Origin: Microcystaceae cyanobacterium
GTDB taxonomy: Bacteria; Cyanobacteriota; Cyanobacteriia; Cyanobacteriales; Microcystaceae
DNA: 28,213 bases
Direction of reading: 5' to 3'
NCBI GenBank assembly: GCA_041746575.1
Contig: JBGTGT010000134.1
Coordinates: forward strand, 1 to 28,213
Made by a program: the position numbers and the translations under genes. Every line of letters begins with the position of its first letter. The stretch's first letter is position 1. The notes beneath the pieces were generated by a model. It searched no databases. It was not told the origin of the DNA and saw nothing but the letters and a program-made list of their open reading frames with translations. Positions 18,591 through 27,365 of this stretch are shown here, one piece after another.

Positions 18591-18990
18591 GAACTCGCTA
18601 TCCTCAGTCGTAAGGTTTTGTTTGCTGTCAACTTTTTGGATTTATAATAATATTTTTTTAACTTTAATCAGGTCTTAACTTTCTTCTCTTTTTTTAAAAG
18701 CTGAGTATAAAGACACAATATTCCCATTTTATCATTGTTCATAACATGATACAGAACGCTGAAACCCTTGTCAATCCGTTAGCAAAAAAGGAAAAAATTG
18801 AGTCCAATTCTTAAGCAAATCTAAAGATTTAGTCACTTTCATATCAAATTTTAATAGTATCAATGATTGTGTGTATAAATAAAACTAATTATTAATTGAC
18901 TTCCTTACTTCTTGTCTCTCCTCACTGTCCTGTCCTGTCATTTCCCCTCAAATTCCTGTAATATGTTTAGTGGAGATAGAGATCAATTCT

Positions 18991-19860
18991 ATGAAAATTA
19001 TTACGAATTTGTTTAAAACAGAAAAAAATACAGAAACGATAGCCAAACCTGCCAAAAAGAATCCAACAGGCTTACCCAGTCTCTCAAAACGCCGTCAGGG
19101 CATCAGCATCAAAACCCGACCAGAAATTGAGATCATGCGACAAGCAGGGCGTATTGTGGCTACTGTTCTTAAAGAAATCTCAGAAATAACCGAACCCGGC
19201 ATGACCACTGCTGATCTAGACGCTTATGCCGAAAAACGCATCCGAGAGATGGGGGCAACTCCCAGCTTCAAAGGGTATCATGGTTTTCCGGGATCAATCT
19301 GTGCCAGTGTCAACAATGAAGTGGTGCATGGGATTCCTAATCCGAAGAAGAAATTAAAAGCAGGGGATGTCTTGAAAGTGGATACAGGAGCTTATTATCA
19401 AGGATTTCACGGAGATTCTTGTATTACCATCCCCATTTGCACTGTTTCGTCCAAAGCCGCCCGTTTGATTGAAATTGCCGAAGAAGCGATGTATCAAGGT
19501 ATTAAGCAGGTAAAAGCCGGAAATACCCTCCTAGATATCGCCGGCGCAATCGAAGATTATGCCCGAAAACACAAATTTTCGGTGGTAGAAGACTACACGG
19601 GTCATGGAGTGGGGAGAAATCTGCATGAAGAACCCGCCGTCTTTAATTTTCGGACGAACCAACTGCCAAATGTCAAATTACGCGAAGGTATGACCTTAGC
19701 CATTGAACCCATTTTAAACGGAGGCTCAAAACACACCCGTACCCTTAGAGATCGCTGGACAGTCGTAACCCTTGATCGCGCCCTATCTGCCCAATTTGAG
19801 CATACTGTCCTCGTCACAAAAACAGGATACGAAATCTTAACCGATCGCACGGTGGTTTAA
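18991..19860 (+). CDS. map: Type I methionine aminopeptidase
   Basis: [42 protein letters not shown]; start 18991 (ATG) or 18970 (GTG). Confidence 0.96.
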   Translation: MKIITNLFKTEKNTETIAKPAKKNPTGLPSLSKRRQGISIKTRPEIEIMRQAGRIVATVLKEISEITEPGMTTADLDAYAEKRIREMGATPSFKGYHGFPGSICASVNNEVVHGIPNPKKKLKAGDVLKVDTGAYYQGFHGDSCITIPICTVSSKAARLIEIAEEAMYQGIKQVKAGNTLLDIAGAIEDYARKHKFSVVEDYTGHGVGRNLHEEPAVFNFRTNQLPNVKLREGMTLAIEPILNGGSKHTRTLRDRWTVVTLDRALSAQFEHTVLVTKTGYEILTDRTVV

Positions 19861-19880
19861 AAGAAAACCCTTCCTAACCT

Positions 19881-21359
19881 ATGAAAGCCCTTATGGTGGT
19901 GGGAACAACCTCCCACGCAGGAAAATCCTTTATCACAACGGCCATTTGTCGAATTTTGGCACGACAAGGCTGGCACGTCACCCCCTTTAAAGGACAAAAT
20001 ATGGCACTCAACGCCTATGTTACTCAGACGGGGGGAGAAATGGGCTATGCACAAGCCGTACAAGCGTGGGCGGCGGGAATTCTCCCTAAAGTAGAAATGA
20101 ACCCAATTTTGCTAAAACCACAGGGAAATACGACCTCTCAGGTTATTATGCTGGGAAAAGCGGTGGGGGTAACCACTGCCGTCGACTATTATCAAAACTA
20201 CTTTGAATCAGGTTGGAATGCCATTACCGAATCGTTAGAAACTTTGGGGTTAGAATATGACTTTATCGTGGCTGAAGGGGCAGGAAGTCCGGCTGAAATC
20301 AATCTAAAACATCGAGATTTAACCAATATGCGCATTGCCCATCATCTTAATGCGCCGACCTTGCTCGTGGTGGATATTGATCGCGGGGGCGCATTTGCCC
20401 ATGTGGTGGGAACGTTAGCGTTGCTAGAACCAGAAGAACGGGCGTTAATTAAAGGCATTGTTATCAATAAATTTCGCGGACAGCGATCGCTGTTGGATAG
20501 TGGAATTGAATGGTTAGAAAATTATTGCAAAATACCCGTTTTAGGGGTTATTCCTTGGACAGATCAGGTTTTTCCAGCAGAAGACTCTTTAAGTCTGCTT
20601 GAACGTCCATCCCGTAAAGAAACGTCGGAGTTAAATATTGCTGTAATTCGTTTACCGAGAATTGCGAATTTTACGGACTTTGATGCCTTAGAAGCAGAAA
20701 AAACGGTATTTTTGCGCTATGTTGATTTAAAAGAGCGGTTAGGTTACCCTGATGCGGTGATTCTTCCGGGTTCAAAAACCACCGTGATTGATCTCGATCA
20801 ACTACACCGCAGTGGAATGGCGGAACAAATTAAAGCTTATGTGGCGGCAGGAGGCGTAATTTTGGGAATTTGCGGCGGATTTCAGATGTTAGGGCAATGG
20901 GTTCAAGATCCAGAAGGTTTAGAAAGTCCGATGCTCGAACAAGTCGGCTTAAATCTCTTACCCGTTTCAACTGAAATTACCCTCCAAAAGACCGCCCGTC
21001 AACGACAAGTGGTTTCCCTTTATCCTCAGTCAGGTTTGCCGGTTAGTGGCTACGAAATTCACCAAGGATTAACCCATCTAAAGGGATCCTTAGACAATGC
21101 CTACCACTTTCTTTTTGAAGATCCCTCTTTGGGAATGGTTTCTTCAGATCAACTGGTATGGGGATGTTATCTACATGGTTTGTTTGACAATGGGGCATGG
21201 CGACGCACTTGGTTAAATTATCTCCGCCAGAGACGAGGAATTTCTGCGTTACCAACGGGAATTGCGAATTATCGAGAACAGCGAGAGGTGAATTTAGATG
21301 CAATGGCAGATTTTGTGGCGAACTATTTAGATTTAAATTTATTACTAGAAGGAGAATAG
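19881..21359 (+). CDS. cobQ: Cobyric acid synthase
   Basis: GTTSHAGKS, PFKGQNMALN, EGAGSPAEINL, GICGGFQMLG, YLHG. Confidence 0.97.
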   Translation: MKALMVVGTTSHAGKSFITTAICRILARQGWHVTPFKGQNMALNAYVTQTGGEMGYAQAVQAWAAGILPKVEMNPILLKPQGNTTSQVIMLGKAVGVTTAVDYYQNYFESGWNAITESLETLGLEYDFIVAEGAGSPAEINLKHRDLTNMRIAHHLNAPTLLVVDIDRGGAFAHVVGTLALLEPEERALIKGIVINKFRGQRSLLDSGIEWLENYCKIPVLGVIPWTDQVFPAEDSLSLLERPSRKETSELNIAVIRLPRIANFTDFDALEAEKTVFLRYVDLKERLGYPDAVILPGSKTTVIDLDQLHRSGMAEQIKAYVAAGGVILGICGGFQMLGQWVQDPEGLESPMLEQVGLNLLPVSTEITLQKTARQRQVVSLYPQSGLPVSGYEIHQGLTHLKGSLDNAYHFLFEDPSLGMVSSDQLVWGCYLHGLFDNGAWRRTWLNYLRQRRGISALPTGIANYREQREVNLDAMADFVANYLDLNLLLEGE

Positions 21360-21364
21360 GGAAA

Positions 21365-21604
21365 ATGGCTGTTAACGTTCATTTTTTGCCCGATGAGGTT
21401 ACCATTGAAGCAGAAGCAGGTGAACCGATGTTAACGGTGGCAGAACGGGCAGGGGTTTATATCCCCACAGGTTGCTTAATGGGGTCTTGCCATGCTTGTG
21501 AAGTGGAATTAAATGGAGAAGTAGAGGTCTGTGCTTGTATTAGTGCAATTCCCGATGGCATTGACGATTTGACCATTAATTTATACGCTGATCCTTTGTG
21601 GTAG
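21365..21604 (+). CDS. Small 2Fe-2S ferredoxin-like protein (79 aa)
   Basis: MAVNVHF...GCLMGSCHAC...VCAC; GGAG upstream; the longer ORF start at 21197 lies inside cobQ. Confidence 0.88.
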   Translation: MAVNVHFLPDEVTIEAEAGEPMLTVAERAGVYIPTGCLMGSCHACEVELNGEVEVCACISAIPDGIDDLTINLYADPLW

Positions 21605-21649
21605 TATGACTTAATTGAGAGAAACAGATGAAAAATTAATTTTTGGTGA

Positions 21650-22087
21650 TCAATTACCGATTTTGTTTATTTTAACTTGACGCCCCTCAATCCCCAAATT
21701 GATCAATTTAATTAACCAATAAGATGACGGCTTGATTAACAATCTTTCAGGCCATTCTATCGCTGTAATGCCTAATTCTACCTCAATTCCTTGCCAATAA
21801 TTCTCTAAATATAATTCTGCTGTTTCTTCAGGTTGTAAACGATATAAATCCAGATGATAAAGAGGAATTCGTCCTTCTAAATATTCATTAATTAATGTAA
21901 AAGTTGGACTCACAATCGGCTCATTGATCCCCAATCCAGCTCCAATTCCCTGTACTAGCGTCGTTTTTCCTACTCCTAAATCTCCTTGTAATAACATTAC
22001 CGTTCCTGCCGGTAAGGTTGCACCGAATTCTTTGCCTAAATGATAAGTCGCTTCTCGATTGGGTAAATTAATTAAGTCATTATTCAT
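21650..22087 (-). CDS. tsaE: tRNA threonylcarbamoyladenosine biosynthesis ATPase TsaE
   Basis: GDLGVGKTT, VSPTFTL, HLDLYRL, IEW. Confidence 0.96.
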   Translation of the reverse strand: MNNDLINLPNREATYHLGKEFGATLPAGTVMLLQGDLGVGKTTLVQGIGAGLGINEPIVSPTFTLINEYLEGRIPLYHLDLYRLQPEETAELYLENYWQGIEVELGITAIEWPERLLIKPSSYWLIKLINLGIEGRQVKINKIGN

Positions 22088-22265
22088 AATTTAGATAATT
22101 TGTCCCCTTTTTTAAAATGAGGATGACTATTTTTTACAGTCATTTTTAATTAACTTTAAAAGAATTGATAGAGCGTTTTTCTTTCGTCATAAGGTACATC
22201 TCAAAATTATCCCCGATTCCCGAAAACCAAAGACTTCGTATCTCGTCTATCAGAGAACTGCTATA

Positions 22266-23633
22266 TTACTTCCCACTGTACCAACGGAATAACACCCGAG
22301 CCAACTTATCAGAATCATGGCGCACTTTTCCGGACTGTTCTTGCATAACGTTAGCCATTACTAAATGGTAGCCCATTTTCGAGATACCTTCTCTATCTAA
22401 ATAAACAGGATGGCAATTTTCCTCTGCATAACGCTTTAAGGCAACTTCAGACGGTTGTTTTTTCTGAGCTAAAACCGTATCAAAAACAGGCAATTCACAG
22501 GCTTTTTCAATAGCCTGAAGGTGATCAGCTACCGTATAACCCGTGGTTTCTCCTTCTTGGGTCATAATATTGCAAACGTAAATACGAGGCACTTTCGCAC
22601 GACTTAAAGCTTCTCTAATCTCCGGCACAAGCAAATTAGGGATGACACTGGTGTACAAACTTCCCGGCCCAATAATGATATAATCAGCTTCTTGAATAGC
22701 ACGAATGGCGGCGGGTAAAGCAGGAGGGGTGGCAGGACAACAGCCAATGCGGTGAATTTTGCCGTTTGCCTCCGTAATATGAGATTCCCCCTCAATAATG
22801 CGTCCATCCTCTAATTCTGCCCATAAACGGACATCACTCAACGTTGCCGGTAATACTTTTCCTCGAATCGCTAAAACTTTGGAACTGGCAGCGATCGCTC
22901 GTTCTAAATCTCCCGTAATATCCGTCATCGCCGTCAGAAACAAGTTGCCAAAACTATGTCCGCTTAAGCCATCCCCTGCCTGAAAGCGATATTGAAATAA
23001 TTCAGTCAATAATTTCTCTTCATCCGCTAAAGCGGCGATACAGTTACGAATGTCCCCCGGTGGCAATACTCCAATTTCCCGTCGTAAACGTCCTGATGAC
23101 CCTCCATCATCTGCAACGGTAACAATTGCCGTAATATTGGCACTATAATGCTTTAATCCCCGTAAAAGAGTAGATAGCCCCGTTCCTCCGCCAATGGCAA
23201 CAATTTTAGGCCCTTTATTCAAACGGCGATGGGCTATAATGATATCAACAATCTCTTCGTCACCCCCTGAAAAAGGTTCAGTAATAGATTCTACAGCTCG
23301 ACTTTGCCCCCATAGAACTAAAAATAAACCAAAAAGAATAACCAAAGGTCCTGAAATGTAGCTGGGGACGAGACGGGTAATCCACTCAAGAATTTGACTG
23401 ATAAAGTCAATGATGCGATTAATCGGCGTTAATTTAACCCAAATTGCTAAACCTAAAAGGAAAAGAATTAACCCACCTGCGCTAATCAACAACCAACGTT
23501 TAACCAATAATCCGGGAGATAACCATTTAAACCAGTGATTGACTCGATTATACCGAGGTTGGCCTAGATTTTGTTTTTTTTGCGGTTCAGATGGCTTTTT
23601 TTTCAAGGGGATTTTGGGGGGACGAGGAGACAT
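22266..23633 (-). CDS. yvcK: YvcK/CofD-like gluconeogenesis factor with N-terminal TM segments
   Basis: [42 protein letters not shown]. Confidence 0.92.
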   Translation of the reverse strand: MSPRPPKIPLKKKPSEPQKKQNLGQPRYNRVNHWFKWLSPGLLVKRWLLISAGGLILFLLGLAIWVKLTPINRIIDFISQILEWITRLVPSYISGPLVILFGLFLVLWGQSRAVESITEPFSGGDEEIVDIIIAHRRLNKGPKIVAIGGGTGLSTLLRGLKHYSANITAIVTVADDGGSSGRLRREIGVLPPGDIRNCIAALADEEKLLTELFQYRFQAGDGLSGHSFGNLFLTAMTDITGDLERAIAASSKVLAIRGKVLPATLSDVRLWAELEDGRIIEGESHITEANGKIHRIGCCPATPPALPAAIRAIQEADYIIIGPGSLYTSVIPNLLVPEIREALSRAKVPRIYVCNIMTQEGETTGYTVADHLQAIEKACELPVFDTVLAQKKQPSEVALKRYAEENCHPVYLDREGISKMGYHLVMANVMQEQSGKVRHDSDKLARVLFRWYSGK

Positions 23634-23720
23634 GGATTAACCAACACTAAGCAGTTGTTACTATTTATTGCATTGTAGAATAGTTTATCAGTGACCCGTT
23701 ACAAGCAATATAAAGAATTG

Positions 23721-23749
23721 TTGCAATGTCTTGATCAATGTGCTATCGT
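23721..23749 (+). promoter_or_regulatory. Sigma70-type promoter candidate
   Basis: TTGCAA-17 nt-TATCGT. Confidence 0.4.
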
Positions 23750-24158
23750 ATGCAGAGGAGCTTATGAAACTATTGCTCATTACAAAGGAGAGAAATTCTC
23801 TATGTTCCAGTATCAACTCAATCTATTAATCTCTTCGCCCTTGATTGGGTCTGTGAACTAAAGGTTTGGAGGCTTTAAAAAACAGCATAACTATCTGCTA
23901 GGAAATAGCTTAATGTTGCCTTGCCCTACTAGCAGGGTCTCTAGATAGACATCAGGTTATAACTGTTTATTCCTGACTCTCTATCTCAACATGCTTCGCT
24001 ATTTATCCAACGATTGACCTGGGTTAAAATTTTCTTCTTTGTCAGAGAAATTGTAATCCGATACCCACTGTCAATTATTCACAAATTCATTTCATTTATG
24101 TGAGTGGGCTTGCATCTACTTAGGCATAACCCCTTATTCGCAAGTCAGAGGAGGCTTT

Positions 24159-24968
24159 ATGTCAAAATTTCAGGGAAAAACAGCCCTTATTACGGGCGCA
24201 TCTCGTGGCATTGGTCAAGCGATCGCGTTTGAATTAGCCCAACAAGGAATCCGTCGTCTTATTTTGGTAGCAAGAGACCAAAACCGTTTGAATCAAGTAG
24301 CGGCAGATTTGGCTCCTTTATCGGTCGATGTCGTTGTTCTGCCCTTAGATTTAACCGATTTTAAGACCGTTGCCAGTCAACTCAATCAGGTATGGCGAGA
24401 TCAAGGTCCAATTGATATTCTCGTCAATTGCGCCGGGGTGGCCTATCAAGCTCCCTTTCTGCAAAGTAAGCTGAATCAGGTCTATGACGAAATTTCCCTA
24501 AATTTACTGGGAATGTACACGGTTACTCGTCTAATTGCCCGACGCATGGCTACCCGTCGTCAAGGAACAATTGTTAACGTTTCCAGCTTAATGGGGAAAG
24601 TCGCCGCCCCCACCATGGCTACCTATTCAGCGACAAAATTTGCCATTTTAGGCTTTACACAAGCGTTAAGAGGAGAATTAGCTCCTTATAATGTTCAGGT
24701 TGTCTCGTTGCTTCCCTCTTTAACCGATACGGATATGGGAAAAAGCGTTCAAGCCTTCCGTTGGGTTCGCACGATGACCCCCCGTCACGTTGCTCAAGCA
24801 TTAAGCAAGGGACTGAGTCATAACGCATCCGAAATCGTGGTGGGTTGGCAAAGTCGTCTGGCAATTTGGGGACAAAAGCTCGTTCCTTGGTTGGTGGAGA
24901 AATTCGTTGCTTGGGCTTCTCCGTTAAAGCCTATGTCTTTAGATTCCGCAAAACGAGCGACTACCTAG
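24159..24968 (+). CDS. Short-chain dehydrogenase/reductase
   Basis: TGASRGIG, NCAG, NVSS, YSATK; GGAGG RBS. Confidence 0.94.
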   Translation: MSKFQGKTALITGASRGIGQAIAFELAQQGIRRLILVARDQNRLNQVAADLAPLSVDVVVLPLDLTDFKTVASQLNQVWRDQGPIDILVNCAGVAYQAPFLQSKLNQVYDEISLNLLGMYTVTRLIARRMATRRQGTIVNVSSLMGKVAAPTMATYSATKFAILGFTQALRGELAPYNVQVVSLLPSLTDTDMGKSVQAFRWVRTMTPRHVAQALSKGLSHNASEIVVGWQSRLAIWGQKLVPWLVEKFVAWASPLKPMSLDSAKRATT

Positions 24969-24977
24969 TATAAAAAT

Positions 24978-25016
24978 AGATTTGGGGTGCTAAAGATGAC
25001 TCCCGCACCCTAATCT
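24978..25016. terminator. Probable bidirectional terminator between convergent SDR and trcR
   Basis: AGATTTGGGGTGC...GCACCCTAATCT stem with A-rich and T-rich flanks. Confidence 0.55.
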
Positions 25017-25027
25017 CTTTCAATCGA

Positions 25028-25366
25028 TTAGCTTTCTAAGCTACCGACACTAACCGGAACTAAATCACCGTGAATCGTTAAAGCTAACAGCATTTTGTCA
25101 TCTTGTTGAATTAATTTGCCCGTTAAGACACAACTCTCATCCTTGCGAGCCGTCGCCTCAATTGTAGCGCGAATGTCAGCAGGGGAAAATTGAGGACGAT
25201 AATCCCCCGATTTTTGCTGAACGTAATTCCAAAGAATATCTCGAATCAAGGCTTGATATCCTTGGGTTCCTGCCAGCTTTTTCAACTTATCTTTCAAAGA
25301 TTTTTCTAAACGAATGCTAGTAACCTCCATTTCGGTGGTTGGCTTACGAGTGAGTGTCCGCATCAT
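25028..25366 (-). CDS. trcR: Ribbon-helix-helix repressor, TrcR (All0854)-like
   Basis: RHH-like MEVTSIRLEKSLKDKLKKLA...YQALIRDILWNYV; divergent from HNH and alr0857-like genes, as recalled for Anabaena PCC 7120 all0854/alr0856/alr0857; GGAG RBS. Confidence 0.78.
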   Translation of the reverse strand: MMRTLTRKPTTEMEVTSIRLEKSLKDKLKKLAGTQGYQALIRDILWNYVQQKSGDYRPQFSPADIRATIEATARKDESCVLTGKLIQQDDKMLLALTIHGDLVPVSVGSLES

Positions 25367-25387
25367 GATTTTTTCTCCAAAAAGAAG

Positions 25388-25416
25388 TAGACAAAATAAT
25401 ACTACCGGTGTAATAT
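25388..25416 (+). promoter_or_regulatory. Sigma70 promoter overlapped by a palindromic TrcR-type operator
   Basis: TAGACA (25388-93)-17 nt-TAATAT (25411-16); inverted repeat ATACTAC-CGGT-GTAATAT (25399-25416, one mismatch). Confidence 0.7.
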
Positions 25417-25446
25417 TAGAAAAGCGTTTAATGATAGATTACTTCT

Positions 25447-25474
25447 ATTTTACTTCAACGATGATACGTTTCAA
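25447..25474 (-). promoter_or_regulatory. Candidate trcR promoter
   Basis: Minus strand TTGAAA-16 nt-TAAAAT. Confidence 0.45.
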
Positions 25475-25748
25475 CCCCCTTATGAAATTTATTTCTCACT
25501 TTTGTCCATTGAGTGGACCAGAGGGAGGAGTTTGTCGATTTTATTTAGGGTTAGCGAACAGAAATTGTGTTGAAGGATTATCAGAAGTGTCCTTTATTAT
25601 TGATTTCTATCGAGATAGTCAGTGGATGACAGGGAAGTCCATGGAGATAGCCCTCCCTACATCTCTCATCCTCGTCGGCGGGAGGTACAGGTTCAAACCC
25701 ACTGTACCAATAACATAAGCTTAAATTTGATTTAAATTGGCTCATGAC

Positions 25749-25777
25749 CCGCTTCTTATCTTGAAAGCGGTTTTTTT
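25749..25777 (+). terminator. Intrinsic terminator or attenuator upstream of the HNH gene
   Basis: CCGCTT-cttatcttga-AAGCGG followed by T7. Confidence 0.75.
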
Positions 25778-25803
25778 ATGGCAATTTTGCTGAGGTGGTT
25801 TTT

Positions 25804-26322
25804 GTGAAACAGCCAATTGACCTTTTTCAACCCCTAATTACGGTTTTTTTCCACAATTATTTGCCCTTAAGTCGGGTGATTTTACGGCGCGGCATTTTGC
25901 TGTTAGTAACCGGAAAAGCTGAACCTCTAGATTTTAATTGCTCTGTAGAGTGGGAAATTCATTCTGCTTATTATATTTTGATTGTTTTTAGCCAAATTCG
26001 TTTATCTTATTCCTCTTCTGAGCAAATATGGCAATTTCCGTCCGTGAAGCGTCGAGAAGTGCTAAGTCGGGACAAATATCGCTGTCAATACTGTGGTAGT
26101 CCCCATCGGTTAACCCTAGATCAAGTGATTTCTCGCTCTGAAGGCGGAAAACAGACTTGGGACAATGTGGTAGTAGCTTGTGCAGACTGTAACGGAAGTC
26201 AAGGGGATCCTACCCCGCAGCAAGAGGGAATGAAGCTAAAAACAGCACTTAAAGCTCCAATTAATCCTTGTCTTGCCTTTGCCGAACAGTTTTGGCAATT
26301 TTCATCTATTGACGGTGTTTAG
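25804..26322 (+). CDS. HNH endonuclease family protein (Alr0856-like, McrA-type) with substituted catalytic His
   Basis: RREVLSRDKYRCQYCG...LTLDQVISRSEGG...WDNVVVACADCN; GAGG upstream of GTG 25804 (alternative start 25795). Confidence 0.85.
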   Translation: MKQPIDLFQPLITVFFHNYLPLSRVILRRGILLLVTGKAEPLDFNCSVEWEIHSAYYILIVFSQIRLSYSSSEQIWQFPSVKRREVLSRDKYRCQYCGSPHRLTLDQVISRSEGGKQTWDNVVVACADCNGSQGDPTPQQEGMKLKTALKAPINPCLAFAEQFWQFSSIDGV

Positions 26323-26340
26323 CTAGAGGAGAGAACCTGA

Positions 26341-26730
26341 ATGTTAAAATTAACTTATACGGAAACAGGATTGTCTTTGGAAATCTTGGAACAACCATTA
26401 GAAATTTGGGTTAATACTTGGGTTTTATTAACTCTACGGTCCGGGACTGCGCTTTGGGTTGAACCCACCACTGCAACCTTTATTTTACCTATCGATTTGC
26501 CCCATATAGGCGAGTTACTAAATATTGTCCATGAAGAAATTGAAACAAGTCTTGAACTCTATCTCGGTGATGAAGAAGGAATTGAGGTCAATTTAGACGG
26601 AACGTGGTTATCCTCGAATGCAAATGCAGAAGAAGGGGTTTTTGTCTGTGGATTTAGCGATCGCACAGAAGCCTGTCTATACCGATTATGGCAAGCCTCA
26701 GAGCACTCTGCTTCGGTTTTAAATGAATAA
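26341..26730 (+). CDS. Alr0857-family hypothetical protein
   Basis: MLKLTYTE..LE.L...LE.WV...LxLRxG....EPTTATF.LP.DLP...GTW...EEGVFV...DRTE..LYRLWQ pattern, as recalled; GAGGAG RBS. Confidence 0.75.
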   Translation: MLKLTYTETGLSLEILEQPLEIWVNTWVLLTLRSGTALWVEPTTATFILPIDLPHIGELLNIVHEEIETSLELYLGDEEGIEVNLDGTWLSSNANAEEGVFVCGFSDRTEACLYRLWQASEHSASVLNE

Positions 26731-26739
26731 GAAAGTTTA

Positions 26740-26765
26740 AGGGGCAATCTGCCTCTTTTTCTTTT
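26740..26765 (+). terminator. Terminator after the alr0857-like gene
   Basis: AGGGGCA-atc-TGCCTCT followed by T-rich tract. Confidence 0.5.
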
Positions 26766-26905
26766 GTACGAACAAGATTTTAACCCTTAAAGATGGCAAT
26801 TTTCAAAGCGTTGATTGGGAAAATCTGATCAGATCATTGAGTTAAAGGATATGGGCAAAGTAAAGAAGCGAGCATTTATCAGTAATTTGACCATTTTTCT
26901 AACCA
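26761..26905 (+). pseudogene. DUF29 pseudogene fragment
   Basis: LYEQDFN / frameshift / LKDGNFQSVDWENLI / 5-bp GATCA duplication / IELKDMGKVKKRAFISNLTIFL. Confidence 0.75.
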
Positions 26906-27346
26906 TTGATAATTAACTGGTTCGATTAATGGTTATTTTTTTTTAGTTCTGACATGACTGTATGGGTACGGGTACTTATTTTTAATCCTCTAGCTGTGTC
27001 TCTAATTCCACTACTATTGGTTGACATTTCTGGAATTTTCTTTTTGACTTCTTTTCAGCATCCATTATATGTATAATCCCGAATAAAGTTACGGTAGAGA
27101 CATTCCTCATTTCGGCAAAGATATCTTTGTTTCCCTTCTTCTAATTTTCCATTCTTGATAATATCAGTGAAATGGCAATGGGGGCATTCAACAGCGATCC
27201 AGACAGTCATCTAAAAGTCAGCTTGAGTTCTTCATCTCCTATTTTAACAATAAACCAACTTATTGATCATACCCCTCCCACAGATTCGCTACACCACCCA
27301 AGCGTGACAAGTTGATAACATTGTTTAATTTTTACACAACACTACA
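26890..27346 (-). mobile_element. Truncated IS1-family relic (insA pseudogene 27210-26926, A9 slippage tract, start of insB)
   Basis: MTVWIAVECPHCH..IIKNGK...KQRYLCRNEEC...YTYNGC*KEVK...SGIRDTARGLKIS...ELKK; internal TGA at 27055-57; putative left end GTAGTGTTGTGTAAA near 27345. Confidence 0.85.
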
Positions 27347-27365
27347 AATGTTACTCTTTCTAGGG

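Larger units (their letters stand above)
25423..25777 (+). ncRNA. Candidate structured ncRNA or leader with a tRNA T-loop-like hairpin
   Basis: Bounded by a promoter and a terminator; stems GTCCA/TGGAC, AAGGA/TCCTT, GGATGA/TCATCC and GGTACAG-GTTCAAACCCA-CTGTACC(A). Confidence 0.45.
910..26664. repeat. Dispersed HIP1 octamers GCGATCGC
   Basis: Seen at 910, 4116, 4466, 5110, 10062, 11957, 16122, 20483, 22891, 24219 and 26657 (count by eye, may be incomplete). Confidence 0.9.

Noticed and set aside
18924..18938. CTGTC x3 microrepeat upstream of map
   Set aside because: Too short to support a function
21197..21364. N-terminal extension of the ferredoxin
   Set aside because: Overlaps cobQ; the likely start is ATG 21365 with an RBS
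21590..21607. Second TrcR operator (GTAGTAT half-site)
   Set aside because: No matching left half, and it lies at a stop codon rather than a promoter
23674..23687. NtcA box upstream of yvcK
   Set aside because: Reads GTA-N8-TAT, not GTA-N8-TAC; too weak alone
24159..24968. HetN-like patterning SDR
   Set aside because: Lacks the RGSGR motif (reads RRQGT)
25620..25710. Canonical tRNA gene or known riboswitch (SAM-I, cobalamin)
   Set aside because: No cloverleaf can be folded and I do not see the conserved cores; kept only as a tRNA-like candidate
25423..26322. HEARO/OMEGA (IscB) system
   Set aside because: The protein is about 172 aa with no PLMP or RuvC segments
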